Shown one piece after another: positions 1 to 9,824 of a stretch of 46,940 nucleotides of DNA. Source of the stretch: a virus. The translations under genes and the position numbers were made by a program. The notes beneath the pieces were generated by a model. It saw only the letters and a program-made list of their open reading frames with translations. It had not been told where the DNA came from and ran no database searches. The stretch lies in IMG/VR virus record IMGVR_UViG_3300025117_001212; one strand, written 5' to 3'. Each line of letters begins with the position of its first letter. Position 1 is the first letter of the stretch.

Positions 1-3
1 ATT

Positions 4-789
4 GTGCTAGGTTCTAATAATACTCATCAATTATCGATCATACCTGAAGGGTCTACACTTACTATTCCATCTGGAGCTACTGGATGTAATATATATAGAG
101 ATCTAATTAAAGGAACTTTGATTGTTAATGAATCGGCAACCTTTAAAGGAATAGCAGTTCCAGGATCTGTTACATTAGCAAATGGTAAGACGTTTACTGG
201 AGAAAAATGTTCTTTTTCTCAATCTGAAGCAACTATTGAAGCGAGTGGTGGAACAGTAACTTGTTCTGATTGTCGATTTGAAGTTGCCGATATGGGTTTC
301 ATCGATGAAGATAATGAAGACTTTAGATTAATACCGACTAGTGTTCTTAGAAATGCTGGAGTTGCGATTACTGGAATTGATTATGATATAATAGGAACCA
401 CTCTACCCCAAGAAGGAACTAATGATATAGGTCCTTATGAATTTGCTGTAGGAACGGTTGTTTGGGGTGCTGAGACTGATATTATTGAAGATATATCAAG
501 ATCTTTTACAGATAATTGGTCAGGAACAGGAACTGTTATTGGATCTGGTGATTCTGAGAAACTTAGACTCTATCCTAATCAATATATGGAAATGAATTAT
601 TGTTGGAATATAAATGCTTCAGGATATATGACAATATTTAATAATAAATACAGTTCAGCTTCATCAGGATTTACAATTAAATATAAGACTGGAGCCACAT
701 CTGAAGATTGTGAATCAGATGAATGGAATGTTTATAATGGTTCTAGTTTTAATTGCTTAGGATGGGTTAAGCTCAGAGTGGAGTATTAA
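4..789 (+). CDS. Virion/tail-associated protein (probably 5'-truncated by the window edge), with a beta-helix-associated 'DFRL...DIGPYE' motif
   Basis: 261 aa open from the window edge; FIDEDNEDFRLIPTS...DIGPYEF resembles the C-terminal cap of pectin-lyase-like phage fibre domains. Confidence 0.55.
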   Translation: MLGSNNTHQLSIIPEGSTLTIPSGATGCNIYRDLIKGTLIVNESATFKGIAVPGSVTLANGKTFTGEKCSFSQSEATIEASGGTVTCSDCRFEVADMGFIDEDNEDFRLIPTSVLRNAGVAITGIDYDIIGTTLPQEGTNDIGPYEFAVGTVVWGAETDIIEDISRSFTDNWSGTGTVIGSGDSEKLRLYPNQYMEMNYCWNINASGYMTIFNNKYSSASSGFTIKYKTGATSEDCESDEWNVYNGSSFNCLGWVKLRVEY

Positions 790-790
790 T

Positions 791-1666
791 ATGAAGTTTG
801 AATTTTATATTCAAGGTCATGATATGCCTGATAATGAAAAACATAAGAGGTTAAGGCTCGGAGACATAGTTGCTGTTCGACCATATCCTTGGAATTGGGG
901 ATTGAAAGAGATTAAATATGGTTTGATTTTAATTGTAAATGTTCCATGGTCATTAAATCCAATGCCTGATTTCCAATCATTGACTAAAATCCAAATAGCA
1001 AGATTTTTAATCAAAACAAAGATTTGGTTTAGACTTAAGATTACACCAAGGGAAACTGTTGATGATGTTTTGGCTAGGTTTAACTCTATGCCATTAGCAA
1101 ATGCAAAGTCTTTAATAATTCAAGCATGGAAAGCCCATGAGCAAGATAAGCTAGATAGTTTTATCCAATCTAGGCTTTATGATAAAGGAATTCATAATAG
1201 TGAAATATTAGATATTGATCCTGGAGATCCTAATCTTTCATTGATGAAATCTATTTATCAAGATCCTGTGATTTGTACTAATTTAGATATGAATGAGGCT
1301 TCATTAGTTGATGGGAAGATTTGGCGTAATAGACCTGCTGTTTTGGCTAAACGTAAATTTAGATTACCAGTAGCAAGATTACTTAATCGTATTCCTGAAA
1401 TTGATATTGATAAAATACAAGATTCAAATTATATTTATCAACCTTTTAAATCTGCAAGTCAATTAATTCAAAAATTTGATGGTAGAAATAGTAATCATTC
1501 ATTATCAATTAATGAAGTTGATTGTTCTATTCCAGGAACAATAGATTCAGAAGAAATTATTGAATTTGATTGGATTAGAACTACGAATCCAATTCCTAAA
1601 GATAAATGGAATGATTCTGATGTTGATCCTGAAGAAAATCCTCCTCCTGCCTTAGATGTGGATTAG
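791..1666 (+). CDS. Hypothetical phage protein
   Basis: 291 aa ORF tightly packed between structural-like genes; no recognised motif. Confidence 0.6.
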   Translation: MKFEFYIQGHDMPDNEKHKRLRLGDIVAVRPYPWNWGLKEIKYGLILIVNVPWSLNPMPDFQSLTKIQIARFLIKTKIWFRLKITPRETVDDVLARFNSMPLANAKSLIIQAWKAHEQDKLDSFIQSRLYDKGIHNSEILDIDPGDPNLSLMKSIYQDPVICTNLDMNEASLVDGKIWRNRPAVLAKRKFRLPVARLLNRIPEIDIDKIQDSNYIYQPFKSASQLIQKFDGRNSNHSLSINEVDCSIPGTIDSEEIIEFDWIRTTNPIPKDKWNDSDVDPEENPPPALDVD

Positions 1667-1670
1667 ATAA

Positions 1671-3557
1671 ATGGCAAGTAGTAGACGATTACCATTAGCA
1701 TATAACGAAAGCACTTATGATAGTGCTGGTGGTAAAGACTATTCTGTACTATCGGTATGGGAGGGTGCTACTGATATCGATTTAGTTACCGCTGAAGCAG
1801 GTGAAATTTTAAATTGCTATGCGGGGGCACATGATGATTATGTCACTATCGATGGAGCCACTGTTAGTTCTTCATATTTTCGTGTTATTAGACCGGCAAG
1901 CGGAGAAGGTCATGTCGGTATTCCAAAATATGATGGGTCTGTAGTTGCCTTTGTATCTTCAGCCAGCACTGCACAATTATTTTATCTTGGCGAAAATTAT
2001 ATTGGTATTTATGATTTATGTTTGCAATTCAATAGAAGTTACGCTGGAACTACACGACATGTATATGCTCCCGCAGCAGGGGCATATTCGAAAACTGTTG
2101 GAGATCTAATATCAGGAGCTTCTAATGCTGATGCATCTGGGGTTTTGGTTGGTATTGATTTGCGAGGGGCTTATTGTGTTATTGCAAATAGTCTTGTTGC
2201 TAGAGTAAGTGGCGGAACCAGTATTACTTTATTCAGTTTAGCAAAAAATACAGGTGTTATTTATAATTGTACAGGTGTACAACCATCAAGTGCTGGATGG
2301 GGCATATATGCTTCTGAAGCTGGTACATTAGCTAAAAACTGTATCATAGTCAATGCTGCAATTCATGCTAATGTTACGCAAACTACATGTTTAACTAGTA
2401 ATCCCACCTATGTAGATTCCGATAATGATGATTTTCATTTATCATCGGAAGATACTATAGCAAAAGATCAAGGAACAGATTTAAGTGGAGATGGGGCTTT
2501 TGCTTTTGATGATGATATTGATGGTGAAACACGTAGTGGTACTTGGGATATAGGATTTGATGAATATATTGAACCTAGTTCTAGTTCTTCTAGTGAATCA
2601 AGTTCATCACAATCTAGTAGCTCTAGCTCTCAGTCTTCTAGTTCTTCAATTTCAAGTAGTAGTAGTTCTATAAGTTCTAGTGAATCTAGTAGTTCTAGTG
2701 AATCTAGTAGTAGTAAATCAAGTTCAAGTATTTCTTCTAGTAGTTCATTAGCTTCTTATATTGAAATTGAAGATATAGGAATTCAATCTTCTAGTTCAAG
2801 TATATCAAGTTCTAGTTCCCAATCAAGCTCTATATCTTCAAGTAGTTCTATTTCAAGTTCTTCTCAATCTAGTAGTTCTAGAAGTAGTTCTTCATCATCT
2901 CAAGAATCTAGTTCATCTAGTGAAAGTTCCTCTAGTTCAACTTCTAGTTCTTCCCAATCAAGTTCTTCACAATCTAGTAGTTCTAGTTCACAATCTTCTA
3001 GCTCCCAATCATCATCATCAACTTCAAGTAGTTCTAGTTCTACTTCTAGTTCTTCACAATCATCTTCTTCTACTTCTAGTAGTTCAAGCTCTAGTAGTTC
3101 ACAATCTAGTTCTTCGCAATCTTCTGAATCAAGTAGTTCACAATCATCATCTTCGCAACAATCTAGTTCATCTGCTTCATCAAGCTCTGAAGCGATGGAT
3201 ATGGATAGATATCCATCAACACCAATTCCTGTAGCCACATGGGAAGAAAGTTATGAATTTAAAACAAATATTCTTGAAGCTGTGAATGGTTCAGAACAGA
3301 GAGATAAAAAATGGAGTAATCCTAGAAGAAGATTTAAATTAAGATATCTGTATGAAGATGTTACTGACGGGTTGTGGTGGTTTGCTATTGGGCATAATGG
3401 TATTGCAGATAGTTTTATATTTGACCCACATGATTTTTTACCTACGCTATATGAATCAGAAGAAATCACAATGAGATTTGCTTCAGATGAAATAGGAAGA
3501 AGCATAGTTATAGATGGGATATATAACTTAGACATAGAATTGGTAGAGGTGAAGTAA
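1671..3557 (+). CDS. Tail protein: beta-helix-like N-domain, poly-Ser linker, DUF2460/distal-tail-like C-domain
   Basis: DDFHLSSED...WDIGFDEY motif, a ~200 aa Ser-rich tract, then FKTNILEAVNGSEQR..W..PRRRFKLRY typical of distal-tail-like domains. Confidence 0.65.
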   Translation: MASSRRLPLAYNESTYDSAGGKDYSVLSVWEGATDIDLVTAEAGEILNCYAGAHDDYVTIDGATVSSSYFRVIRPASGEGHVGIPKYDGSVVAFVSSASTAQLFYLGENYIGIYDLCLQFNRSYAGTTRHVYAPAAGAYSKTVGDLISGASNADASGVLVGIDLRGAYCVIANSLVARVSGGTSITLFSLAKNTGVIYNCTGVQPSSAGWGIYASEAGTLAKNCIIVNAAIHANVTQTTCLTSNPTYVDSDNDDFHLSSEDTIAKDQGTDLSGDGAFAFDDDIDGETRSGTWDIGFDEYIEPSSSSSSESSSSQSSSSSSQSSSSSISSSSSSISSSESSSSSESSSSKSSSSISSSSSLASYIEIEDIGIQSSSSSISSSSSQSSSISSSSSISSSSQSSSSRSSSSSSQESSSSSESSSSSTSSSSQSSSSQSSSSSSQSSSSQSSSSTSSSSSSTSSSSQSSSSTSSSSSSSSSQSSSSQSSESSSSQSSSSQQSSSSASSSSEAMDMDRYPSTPIPVATWEESYEFKTNILEAVNGSEQRDKKWSNPRRRFKLRYLYEDVTDGLWWFAIGHNGIADSFIFDPHDFLPTLYESEEITMRFASDEIGRSIVIDGIYNLDIELVEVK

Positions 3558-3585
3558 AATAGTTAAAGTAAAATATCATGATTTG

Positions 3586-3594
3586 TGGTATAAT
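3586..3594 (+). promoter_or_regulatory. Extended -10 promoter (TGnTATAAT)
   Basis: TGGTATAAT in an AT-rich intergenic gap upstream of GGAGG RBS and ATG 3637. Confidence 0.5.
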
Positions 3595-3636
3595 ATTATT
3601 AAGAATAATATTTTAATAATCATAACGGAGGACATA

Positions 3637-3957
3637 ATGAAAAAGGCAATCATCACCTTGGCAATCATTCTTTTCACTTCGACGGCATGGGCTGGACCTT
3701 TTCTGGTCTGCGACCCCTACCAGGCAGAAGTGGCCGTTACCCACTTTCAGATGAAGGACAATGGGGTGCCTGTTCAAGTCCCCTATGCCCTTCACACGGA
3801 CGGGTCGGCAATCGTGCTGGACCTTGGGCCGCTCGACAACGGCGCTCACCAGATAACCGATATCCAAGCGTGTAATGTCCGGGGGTGCTCGGAACCCCCT
3901 TTGGCATTCGCTGTACCCGGACTGCCCGGATCACCAAGTCTACGGATCGTGCCGTAA
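3637..3957 (+). CDS. Small secreted protein with signal peptide
   Basis: GGAGG RBS, then MKKAIITLAIILFTSTAWA-GPFLVCDP (AxA cleavage site); GC-rich. Confidence 0.7.
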   Translation: MKKAIITLAIILFTSTAWAGPFLVCDPYQAEVAVTHFQMKDNGVPVQVPYALHTDGSAIVLDLGPLDNGAHQITDIQACNVRGCSEPPLAFAVPGLPGSPSLRIVP

Positions 3958-4122
3958 TTGAGGAAGTGAAATGGAAATGCAAATAAGGGGGCATCATGCC
4001 TCATTGGTGTAAACATAGAATATTTTCAAAGCAAGTTGACGTAGATATTTTAGATGGGCCAGTCCCTTGTCATTGCAAATTTTGGCAAAGACTGTGGTTC
4101 ATTGTTACCAGGAGGTAGCATC

Positions 4123-4347
4123 ATGACAGACCTTAACCTAACCGGCCAATCCACATCAGCAGGCCAGATCCAGACCAGGATCAATCAACTCAAGACGGCG
4201 ATGGACCTGCGGCTGGCAGTCTGGAACAAACTCTCGGACGAGAAGAAAAAGAAGTGGGTCACAAGCGGCAAAGACCCGATCATGACGTTGGCTTGGAACG
4301 TCTACAAATACCTGCGGGACAACTTCTTTGCTCAGGGGGTGGAGTGA
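4123..4347 (+). CDS. Hypothetical protein (GC-rich module)
   Basis: GGAGG RBS before ATG 4123; TGATG overlap with the next gene. Confidence 0.65.
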   Translation: MTDLNLTGQSTSAGQIQTRINQLKTAMDLRLAVWNKLSDEKKKKWVTSGKDPIMTLAWNVYKYLRDNFFAQGVE

Positions 4348-4700
4348 TGGGTAACTACTCACTAGGCATTAAGCCCCTGCCGGACGTTGAAAACGGCCAC
4401 ACGTTCACGGGGGACAACTTCCTGCAACTTCTGCCCCATACCAAGATATTCGATGGGAAGGCGGGGTTGACGTTCGTGAGCTGTAATCTCACTAATTGTG
4501 ACATCCCTGCCGACTCTGTGTGTGTCATGTGCAGGCCCGTCCAACTCGGCTTTTGCTCCCATGTCCACCCGAACCTTGTTAAACGTGGGTTGCCGGAGTG
4601 CGCCGTCAACTGTGAGCATGTGGTCGATACCGACACCATTACCATTGATGGCGTGGTGGTCGATACCGTTTATCACTATGACGTAAAGGCGGTGGAATAA
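4347..4700 (+). CDS. Cys-rich hypothetical protein (GC-rich module)
   Basis: ATG overlaps the upstream stop; TAATG overlap with the next gene. Confidence 0.65.
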   Translation: MGNYSLGIKPLPDVENGHTFTGDNFLQLLPHTKIFDGKAGLTFVSCNLTNCDIPADSVCVMCRPVQLGFCSHVHPNLVKRGLPECAVNCEHVVDTDTITIDGVVVDTVYHYDVKAVE

Positions 4701-5725
4701 TGACAACGCGATATGTTGATCCGGCTGCAAGTGGGGATAACGACGGCACGAGCTGGACGAACGCTTACGAAACTCTTCAGCAGGCGGCTGACAACGCCGT
4801 CGCCGGGGATGTCGTTTATTGCCGTGGGACTGAGACGCTTGCGGCCAGGGTGGACTTTGACACCCAAACCGGCACCAACGCCGGGGGGTTCATCAAATTT
4901 GTCGGGTGTAATGCTGAGGGGAATGTTGACGGGACGCGGTTTGTGCTGGACGGGGACGGCGGGAATTATGCGGGGATTTACATTGTACCGGGGATAAGCA
5001 CCCTTTGGTTCGAGAACATCAGGGTGACGAATTGCGACGGGGGGAGTAGCGGGTTTGGTTTTCAAGCCACTGCTTGGAATGCAGGATATGGATGTGTGTT
5101 TATAAATTGTTGCTCCGATGGAAATTATTATGGGTTTCAAGGTGGTGCTAATTCGCTTGTTTTTAGGTCCGTTGCTTACTCAAATACGGTTTATGGGTTT
5201 AGTGTTCAAGGAATGATAAAGTTTATTTTTTGCGCCGCCAGGGATAATGGAGTTGGCTCTGGATGGAACTCCTCCGCAAATTGTATGCTTATCGCTTGCA
5301 TCGCTCACGGAAACGGTGAAGACGGAATAGGTCTTTCAGTAAATGGGTGTCTTTTTAATTGTGTAATAGATGGTAACATCGATGACGGAGTGGTTAGCCT
5401 AGCCTCTACTTCGGAAGGCGCCTTCTGGTCCCTCATCGGTTGTCGCATTACCAACCACTCAGGGGCCGGTGATATCGGCCTGAACGCCAACACCGAGGTC
5501 ACAGTGTCCGGTTATTGCTACTTCGAGGACAACGACGGCGACAACATCCAGAACGCCACGCTCCACCAGTTCATACCAATAGAGGGTGGTTCAACCACCT
5601 CCAACGAAGAGGACCAGGCCGACACAACCGAGGGCTATACCAGCACGACAGGCGGCTCTGAAGACTTCAACCTCCGCTCCGACGCCACATTACGCCGGAC
5701 GGCAATCACCATCCCGTGGAGCTAG
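4700..5725 (+). CDS. Pectin-lyase-like right-handed beta-helix protein (tail spike/fibre-like)
   Basis: YVDPAASGDNDGTSWTNAYETLQQA N-terminal motif, Asn/Gly beta-helix repeats, EDFNLRS cap. Confidence 0.7.
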   Translation: MTTRYVDPAASGDNDGTSWTNAYETLQQAADNAVAGDVVYCRGTETLAARVDFDTQTGTNAGGFIKFVGCNAEGNVDGTRFVLDGDGGNYAGIYIVPGISTLWFENIRVTNCDGGSSGFGFQATAWNAGYGCVFINCCSDGNYYGFQGGANSLVFRSVAYSNTVYGFSVQGMIKFIFCAARDNGVGSGWNSSANCMLIACIAHGNGEDGIGLSVNGCLFNCVIDGNIDDGVVSLASTSEGAFWSLIGCRITNHSGAGDIGLNANTEVTVSGYCYFEDNDGDNIQNATLHQFIPIEGGSTTSNEEDQADTTEGYTSTTGGSEDFNLRSDATLRRTAITIPWS

Positions 5726-5733
5726 GGGTTTAG

Positions 5734-7152
5734 ATGGCATCGAACGAATATCAGATTTCAGCCGGCCTAGTCCCGATTGACAACTCCACGGGGGCGACCA
5801 GTAACGCCTATTACATTGCGGCGGGGCTGGTGCCGGGGGATACGGAGGCGGGCGGGGAATCAAGTAGTTCTAGTGAATCTAGTTTATCCGAATCTAGCTC
5901 GTCTAGTACATCTAGTTCTTCTCAATCTAGTAGTTCTAGTAGCTCACAATCTAGTTCTTCTAGTGAATCTAGTAGTAGTAAGTCAAGTTCTTCTCAATCT
6001 AGTAGCTCTAGTGAATCTAGTTCATCACAATCATCTAGTTCATCTAGTGAAAGTAGTAGTTCACAATCATCTAGTTCTAGTGAAAGTAGTAGTTCACAAT
6101 CATCTAGTTCTAGTGAGAGTAGTTCATCACAATCTAGTTCATCTAGTGAGAGTAGTAGTTCACAATCATCTAGTTCTAGTGAAAGTAGTAGTTCACAATC
6201 ATCTAGTTCTAGTGAGAGTAGTTCATCACAATCTAGTTCATCTAGTGAGAGTAGTTCATCACAATCTAGTTCTTCTAGTGAGTCTAGTTCATCTAGTGAA
6301 TCTAGTAGTAGTGAGTCAAGTTCATCTAGTGAATCTAGTAGTAGTGAGTCAAGTTCATCTAGTGAATCTAGTAGTAGTGAGTCAAGTTCATCTAGTGAAT
6401 CTAGTTCATCACAATCTAGTTCTTCTAGTGAGAGTAGTTTATTACATCTCAGTTCGTCTTCATCAAGTGAATCGTTAAGCTCTTCAAGCAAATCAAGCAG
6501 TTCTAGTACGTCAAGTTCATCACAGTCTAGTAGTTCTAGTGAAAGTAGTAGTTCTAGTAAATCTAGTTCTTCGCAATCAAGTAGTTCTTCTACTTCTAGT
6601 TCATCACAATCATCTAGTTCTAGTGAATCTAGTTCTTCACAATCGAGTTCATCTAGTGAATCTAGTTCATCACAATCAAGTTCTAGTACTTCTAGTTCAT
6701 CACAATCTAGTTCTTCTAGCGAATCGAGTAGCTCACAATCGAGTAGCAGTTCGATTTCTAGTAGTTCACAATCATCTAGTTCTAGTGAATCAAGTTCATC
6801 ACAATCTAGTTCTTCTAGCGAATCGAGTTCTTCACAATCATCTAGTTCTAGTGAAAGTAGTAGTTCACAATCATCTAGTTCTAGTGAAAGTAGTTCATCT
6901 AGCACTTCAAGTTCTTCACAATCAAGTAGTTCAAGCGAATCATTTCATCCACTATCAAGTTCAAGTAGTTCTCAATCAAGTTCTTCTATCCAAAGTAGCT
7001 CTTCACAGTCAAGCAGTTCTACAGTTTTTACAGATCTATCAGATCCATCTATTGTTTTCAAAGTTGATAAATTAATAACAAATTTCAAAGTTGATAAATT
7101 AATAACAAATTTCAAAGTTGATAAATTAATAACAAACTTTAAAGTTTCTTAA
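5734..7152 (+). CDS. Poly-serine protein (~390 aa Ser-rich tract) with a C-terminal 9-aa repeat
   Basis: SSSES/SSSQS repeats with mixed TCN/AGY codons; ends in (FKVDKLITN)x3. Confidence 0.7.
   Translation: MASNEYQISAGLVPIDNSTGATSNAYYIAAGLVPGDTEAGGESSSSSESSLSESSSSSTSSSSQSSSSSSSQSSSSSESSSSKSSSSQSSSSSESSSSQSSSSSSESSSSQSSSSSESSSSQSSSSSESSSSQSSSSSESSSSQSSSSSESSSSQSSSSSESSSSQSSSSSESSSSQSSSSSESSSSSESSSSESSSSSESSSSESSSSSESSSSESSSSSESSSSQSSSSSESSLLHLSSSSSSESLSSSSKSSSSSTSSSSQSSSSSESSSSSKSSSSQSSSSSTSSSSQSSSSSESSSSQSSSSSESSSSQSSSSTSSSSQSSSSSESSSSQSSSSSISSSSQSSSSSESSSSQSSSSSESSSSQSSSSSESSSSQSSSSSESSSSSTSSSSQSSSSSESFHPLSSSSSSQSSSSIQSSSSQSSSSTVFTDLSDPSIVFKVDKLITNFKVDKLITNFKVDKLITNFKVS
7057..7146 (+). repeat. 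27-nt tandem repeat, three copies plus a partial copy
   Basis: ttcaaagttgataaattaataacaaat units at 7057, 7084, 7111. Confidence 0.9.
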
Positions 7153-7171
7153 TTCTTAATCGGAGGGTATC

Positions 7172-9793
7172 ATGTCGTCGGAGGGATTAACTAAGGCAGT
7201 TAAAAATTTATTATCAGAATTAAATGATAATCAAGTAGGGCATGGTAAAGTAGATAATGTTTTGGCAGCAATTCAATTTGGAGATGGGCATGTTCATGTG
7301 AACTATCCAGGAAATTTTGAAGTCACTAGGCAGATTCTTTCTGTTCTTAAAAATGAATTGGATAAGAAAGGACTTTTAGGTTTATTTGGATTAAAAGAAC
7401 CAACCATTATTAAGAAAGAGATTCTAACAGAATCAAAACCAGATGAATATAAAAAAGATAGAAAAATAGTCTTCAAACATTCAAGGGCTCTTGGTGATGG
7501 ATTGATGATGACCGCAGGTCTAAGGGATTTTCACTTACTTTTTCCAGATATAAAAGTTAATGTTGAAAGCAATCAACCATCTTTGTGGGAAAATAATCCA
7601 TATATAGATACGTCTATTAAAAAAGAAGATCCTGGGGTTGAATTCTATAAAGTTGGATATCCAATGGTTGGTAATGTAAATAATTCAAATATGCATTTCA
7701 CTAGTATGTTTCTTTTCGATATGATAGCTGCTGCTGATTTGCATGAAGCCCTTCCTCTTAGGATAGGTGAGTTTTGTGCTGCTTTTGCCAATGGGTCAGT
7801 AGGTGATCCTAGTATGGGAGATACTGTTAAAAATCCCGATGCTAAAGAACCATTCATATCTCTAAGAAATAAATATTCTGATTTCTGTAAGAATTTCATG
7901 CGGCAAAGAGGCGATGTTTATTTATCTGAAAAAGAAAAAACTTACAATATGATCAAAGATGTTTACGGAATTGAAAAATATTGGGTTGTAGCTCCTGGAG
8001 GAAAAAGGGATTGCACAACAAAGATTTGGGATTGGAGAAGATTTCAAACTGTCATAGATTATTTCGATGGCCTAATTAAATTTGTTGTAATTGGCAGAAG
8101 TGATCATCTTGTTGAGAAGTTAAATAATGTTATTGATCTTACAGACAAATTCAATGAAGAAGTTAGAGGACTTATACCTCTTGTTTACCACTCAGAGGGT
8201 TGTGTTAGTGGGCTAAGTTTTCTCATGCATATGGCGGCTGCGATCCCTCCTAAGAAGGGCAAGGCACGTAAACCGTGTGTCGTATTGGCTGGCGGTAGAG
8301 AGCCTTCAGGATGGACAGCTTACACAAATCATAGGCATCTGCATACTAATGGTGCGCTCGAGTGTTGTGATAATGGTGGTTGCTGGCAAGCTAGGGTTAT
8401 TCCCATTGCCAAGGATCCTGATCACAATAAAAGACTCTGCCATAAAACTATTACTGATAATGGAAGAACAGTTGCTAAATGCATGGATATGATTTCTGCT
8501 CAAGATGTTATTAGAGCAATTGAAATGTATTATGACGGTGGTGTTTGTGAATATGAAAAAAAGAATGTTCACACAATAAAAACAATAGATGCTGATAGTC
8601 TAGCAAAATTTATTAAGAAGGAAATTGTTACTTCTGAAATAGACACCAATATTCTAAATGAAGTTACTGTATCTAATTATGTTATAGAAGATAGTAAAAA
8701 TCAAAAAGAAATTAATTTAGTTGGTAATCTAAATTCTGCTGGTGGTGGTGAACAAAGTTTCCTAATGATATCTAAGATTTTAGAAAAATCAGGTTGGAAA
8801 ATTAACCTTTATCCGTGGGGTGTAATTCATGCTAATTATTTGAATAATGGAAATAATATTATTGATGCTTCTTTTAAAAGTGGCGCAATGGTTCAACAAA
8901 TGAAAGAAGGTTTGCCACTTCTATTTTATGCTAACGACTGTATTTGGGACTTTTGCAAAGAAGGGCAAGAGTTGGTTAATAAATCAAGTTCAGTTATAAT
9001 AGGTGTTAATTTTGCGAATGGAATCCTTCCTAAATGTAGATGGCTAGATCAAACTGGTAAATTAAAAGCTGTTATATTTCAAAATGAAGAAAAGAAAGAT
9101 GAGTTTGATAGAGATGTTTTAGGTTTTGAAAATACTAAAAGAATAGTTCTGTTTGGAGCTATTGATCTAGATAAATTCTACCAAGTATGTACAGCCGATA
9201 GAAAAGATTCAAAAGGTGAACTAGTTGTGCTTCGTCATTCTACTTCTGATTGGCGAAAATTTGTAACTCAAGAATCAGTTGGCAATGGTGATAAAATTCA
9301 TATTTGGCAAAAGCATATCATAAAAGAGCTTGATACTAAGTTTTATGAAAGATTGTTGAAGGATACAAAGAATATTAGATTTGAATTTATGCCTGTTCAT
9401 TCTGAAATTGAAAAACATTTTAGAAATGAAAAGCGCATGGTTTTTCATAAGTGGAATTCTATGCCAGTAGAAGAGTTTCTTAGTAGAGGACACATTTATC
9501 TTTATAGAACATCTAATATGTGGCGGGATCAATATCCAAGAGTAGTTGCTGAAGCATTGGCCTCTGGATTACCTATCTTATCTGAACCGAGAGATGGAAC
9601 TAAGGATAGGATAGTTCACGGAGATACAGGATTTTATTGTGTTGATTATGATAGTTTTTTACTGTATTTAAAATTACTGCAAAGAAAAGAAGGTTATAGG
9701 AAAGCCATTGGGCTCAATGCTAAAGAATGGTCGAGGAAAAATCTTGATCCCTGCAAATGGGGAGAAATTTTGGATGTAGTTTTAGCGAATTAA
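7172..9793 (+). CDS. Two-domain glycosyltransferase: GT9/heptosyltransferase-like plus GT4-like
   Basis: ALGDGLMMT, APGGKRD..TKIW, SFLMHMAAA, Cys-rich segment; C-half GGGEQS and YPRVVAEALASGLPILS..GTKDRIVHGDTG. Confidence 0.8.
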   Translation: MSSEGLTKAVKNLLSELNDNQVGHGKVDNVLAAIQFGDGHVHVNYPGNFEVTRQILSVLKNELDKKGLLGLFGLKEPTIIKKEILTESKPDEYKKDRKIVFKHSRALGDGLMMTAGLRDFHLLFPDIKVNVESNQPSLWENNPYIDTSIKKEDPGVEFYKVGYPMVGNVNNSNMHFTSMFLFDMIAAADLHEALPLRIGEFCAAFANGSVGDPSMGDTVKNPDAKEPFISLRNKYSDFCKNFMRQRGDVYLSEKEKTYNMIKDVYGIEKYWVVAPGGKRDCTTKIWDWRRFQTVIDYFDGLIKFVVIGRSDHLVEKLNNVIDLTDKFNEEVRGLIPLVYHSEGCVSGLSFLMHMAAAIPPKKGKARKPCVVLAGGREPSGWTAYTNHRHLHTNGALECCDNGGCWQARVIPIAKDPDHNKRLCHKTITDNGRTVAKCMDMISAQDVIRAIEMYYDGGVCEYEKKNVHTIKTIDADSLAKFIKKEIVTSEIDTNILNEVTVSNYVIEDSKNQKEINLVGNLNSAGGGEQSFLMISKILEKSGWKINLYPWGVIHANYLNNGNNIIDASFKSGAMVQQMKEGLPLLFYANDCIWDFCKEGQELVNKSSSVIIGVNFANGILPKCRWLDQTGKLKAVIFQNEEKKDEFDRDVLGFENTKRIVLFGAIDLDKFYQVCTADRKDSKGELVVLRHSTSDWRKFVTQESVGNGDKIHIWQKHIIKELDTKFYERLLKDTKNIRFEFMPVHSEIEKHFRNEKRMVFHKWNSMPVEEFLSRGHIYLYRTSNMWRDQYPRVVAEALASGLPILSEPRDGTKDRIVHGDTGFYCVDYDSFLLYLKLLQRKEGYRKAIGLNAKEWSRKNLDPCKWGEILDVVLAN

Positions 9794-9824
9794 TTGTATA
9801 ATATCAATAGGAAGGAATGATATT

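Noticed and set aside
2900-6905. Alternate-frame and antisense ORFs over poly-Ser tracts (Leu/Val/His- or Glu/Leu/Asp-rich)
   Set aside because: Shadow frames of low-complexity Ser codons
5860-7146. CRISPR array
   Set aside because: Repeats are in-frame coding tandem units without unique spacers; no cas genes
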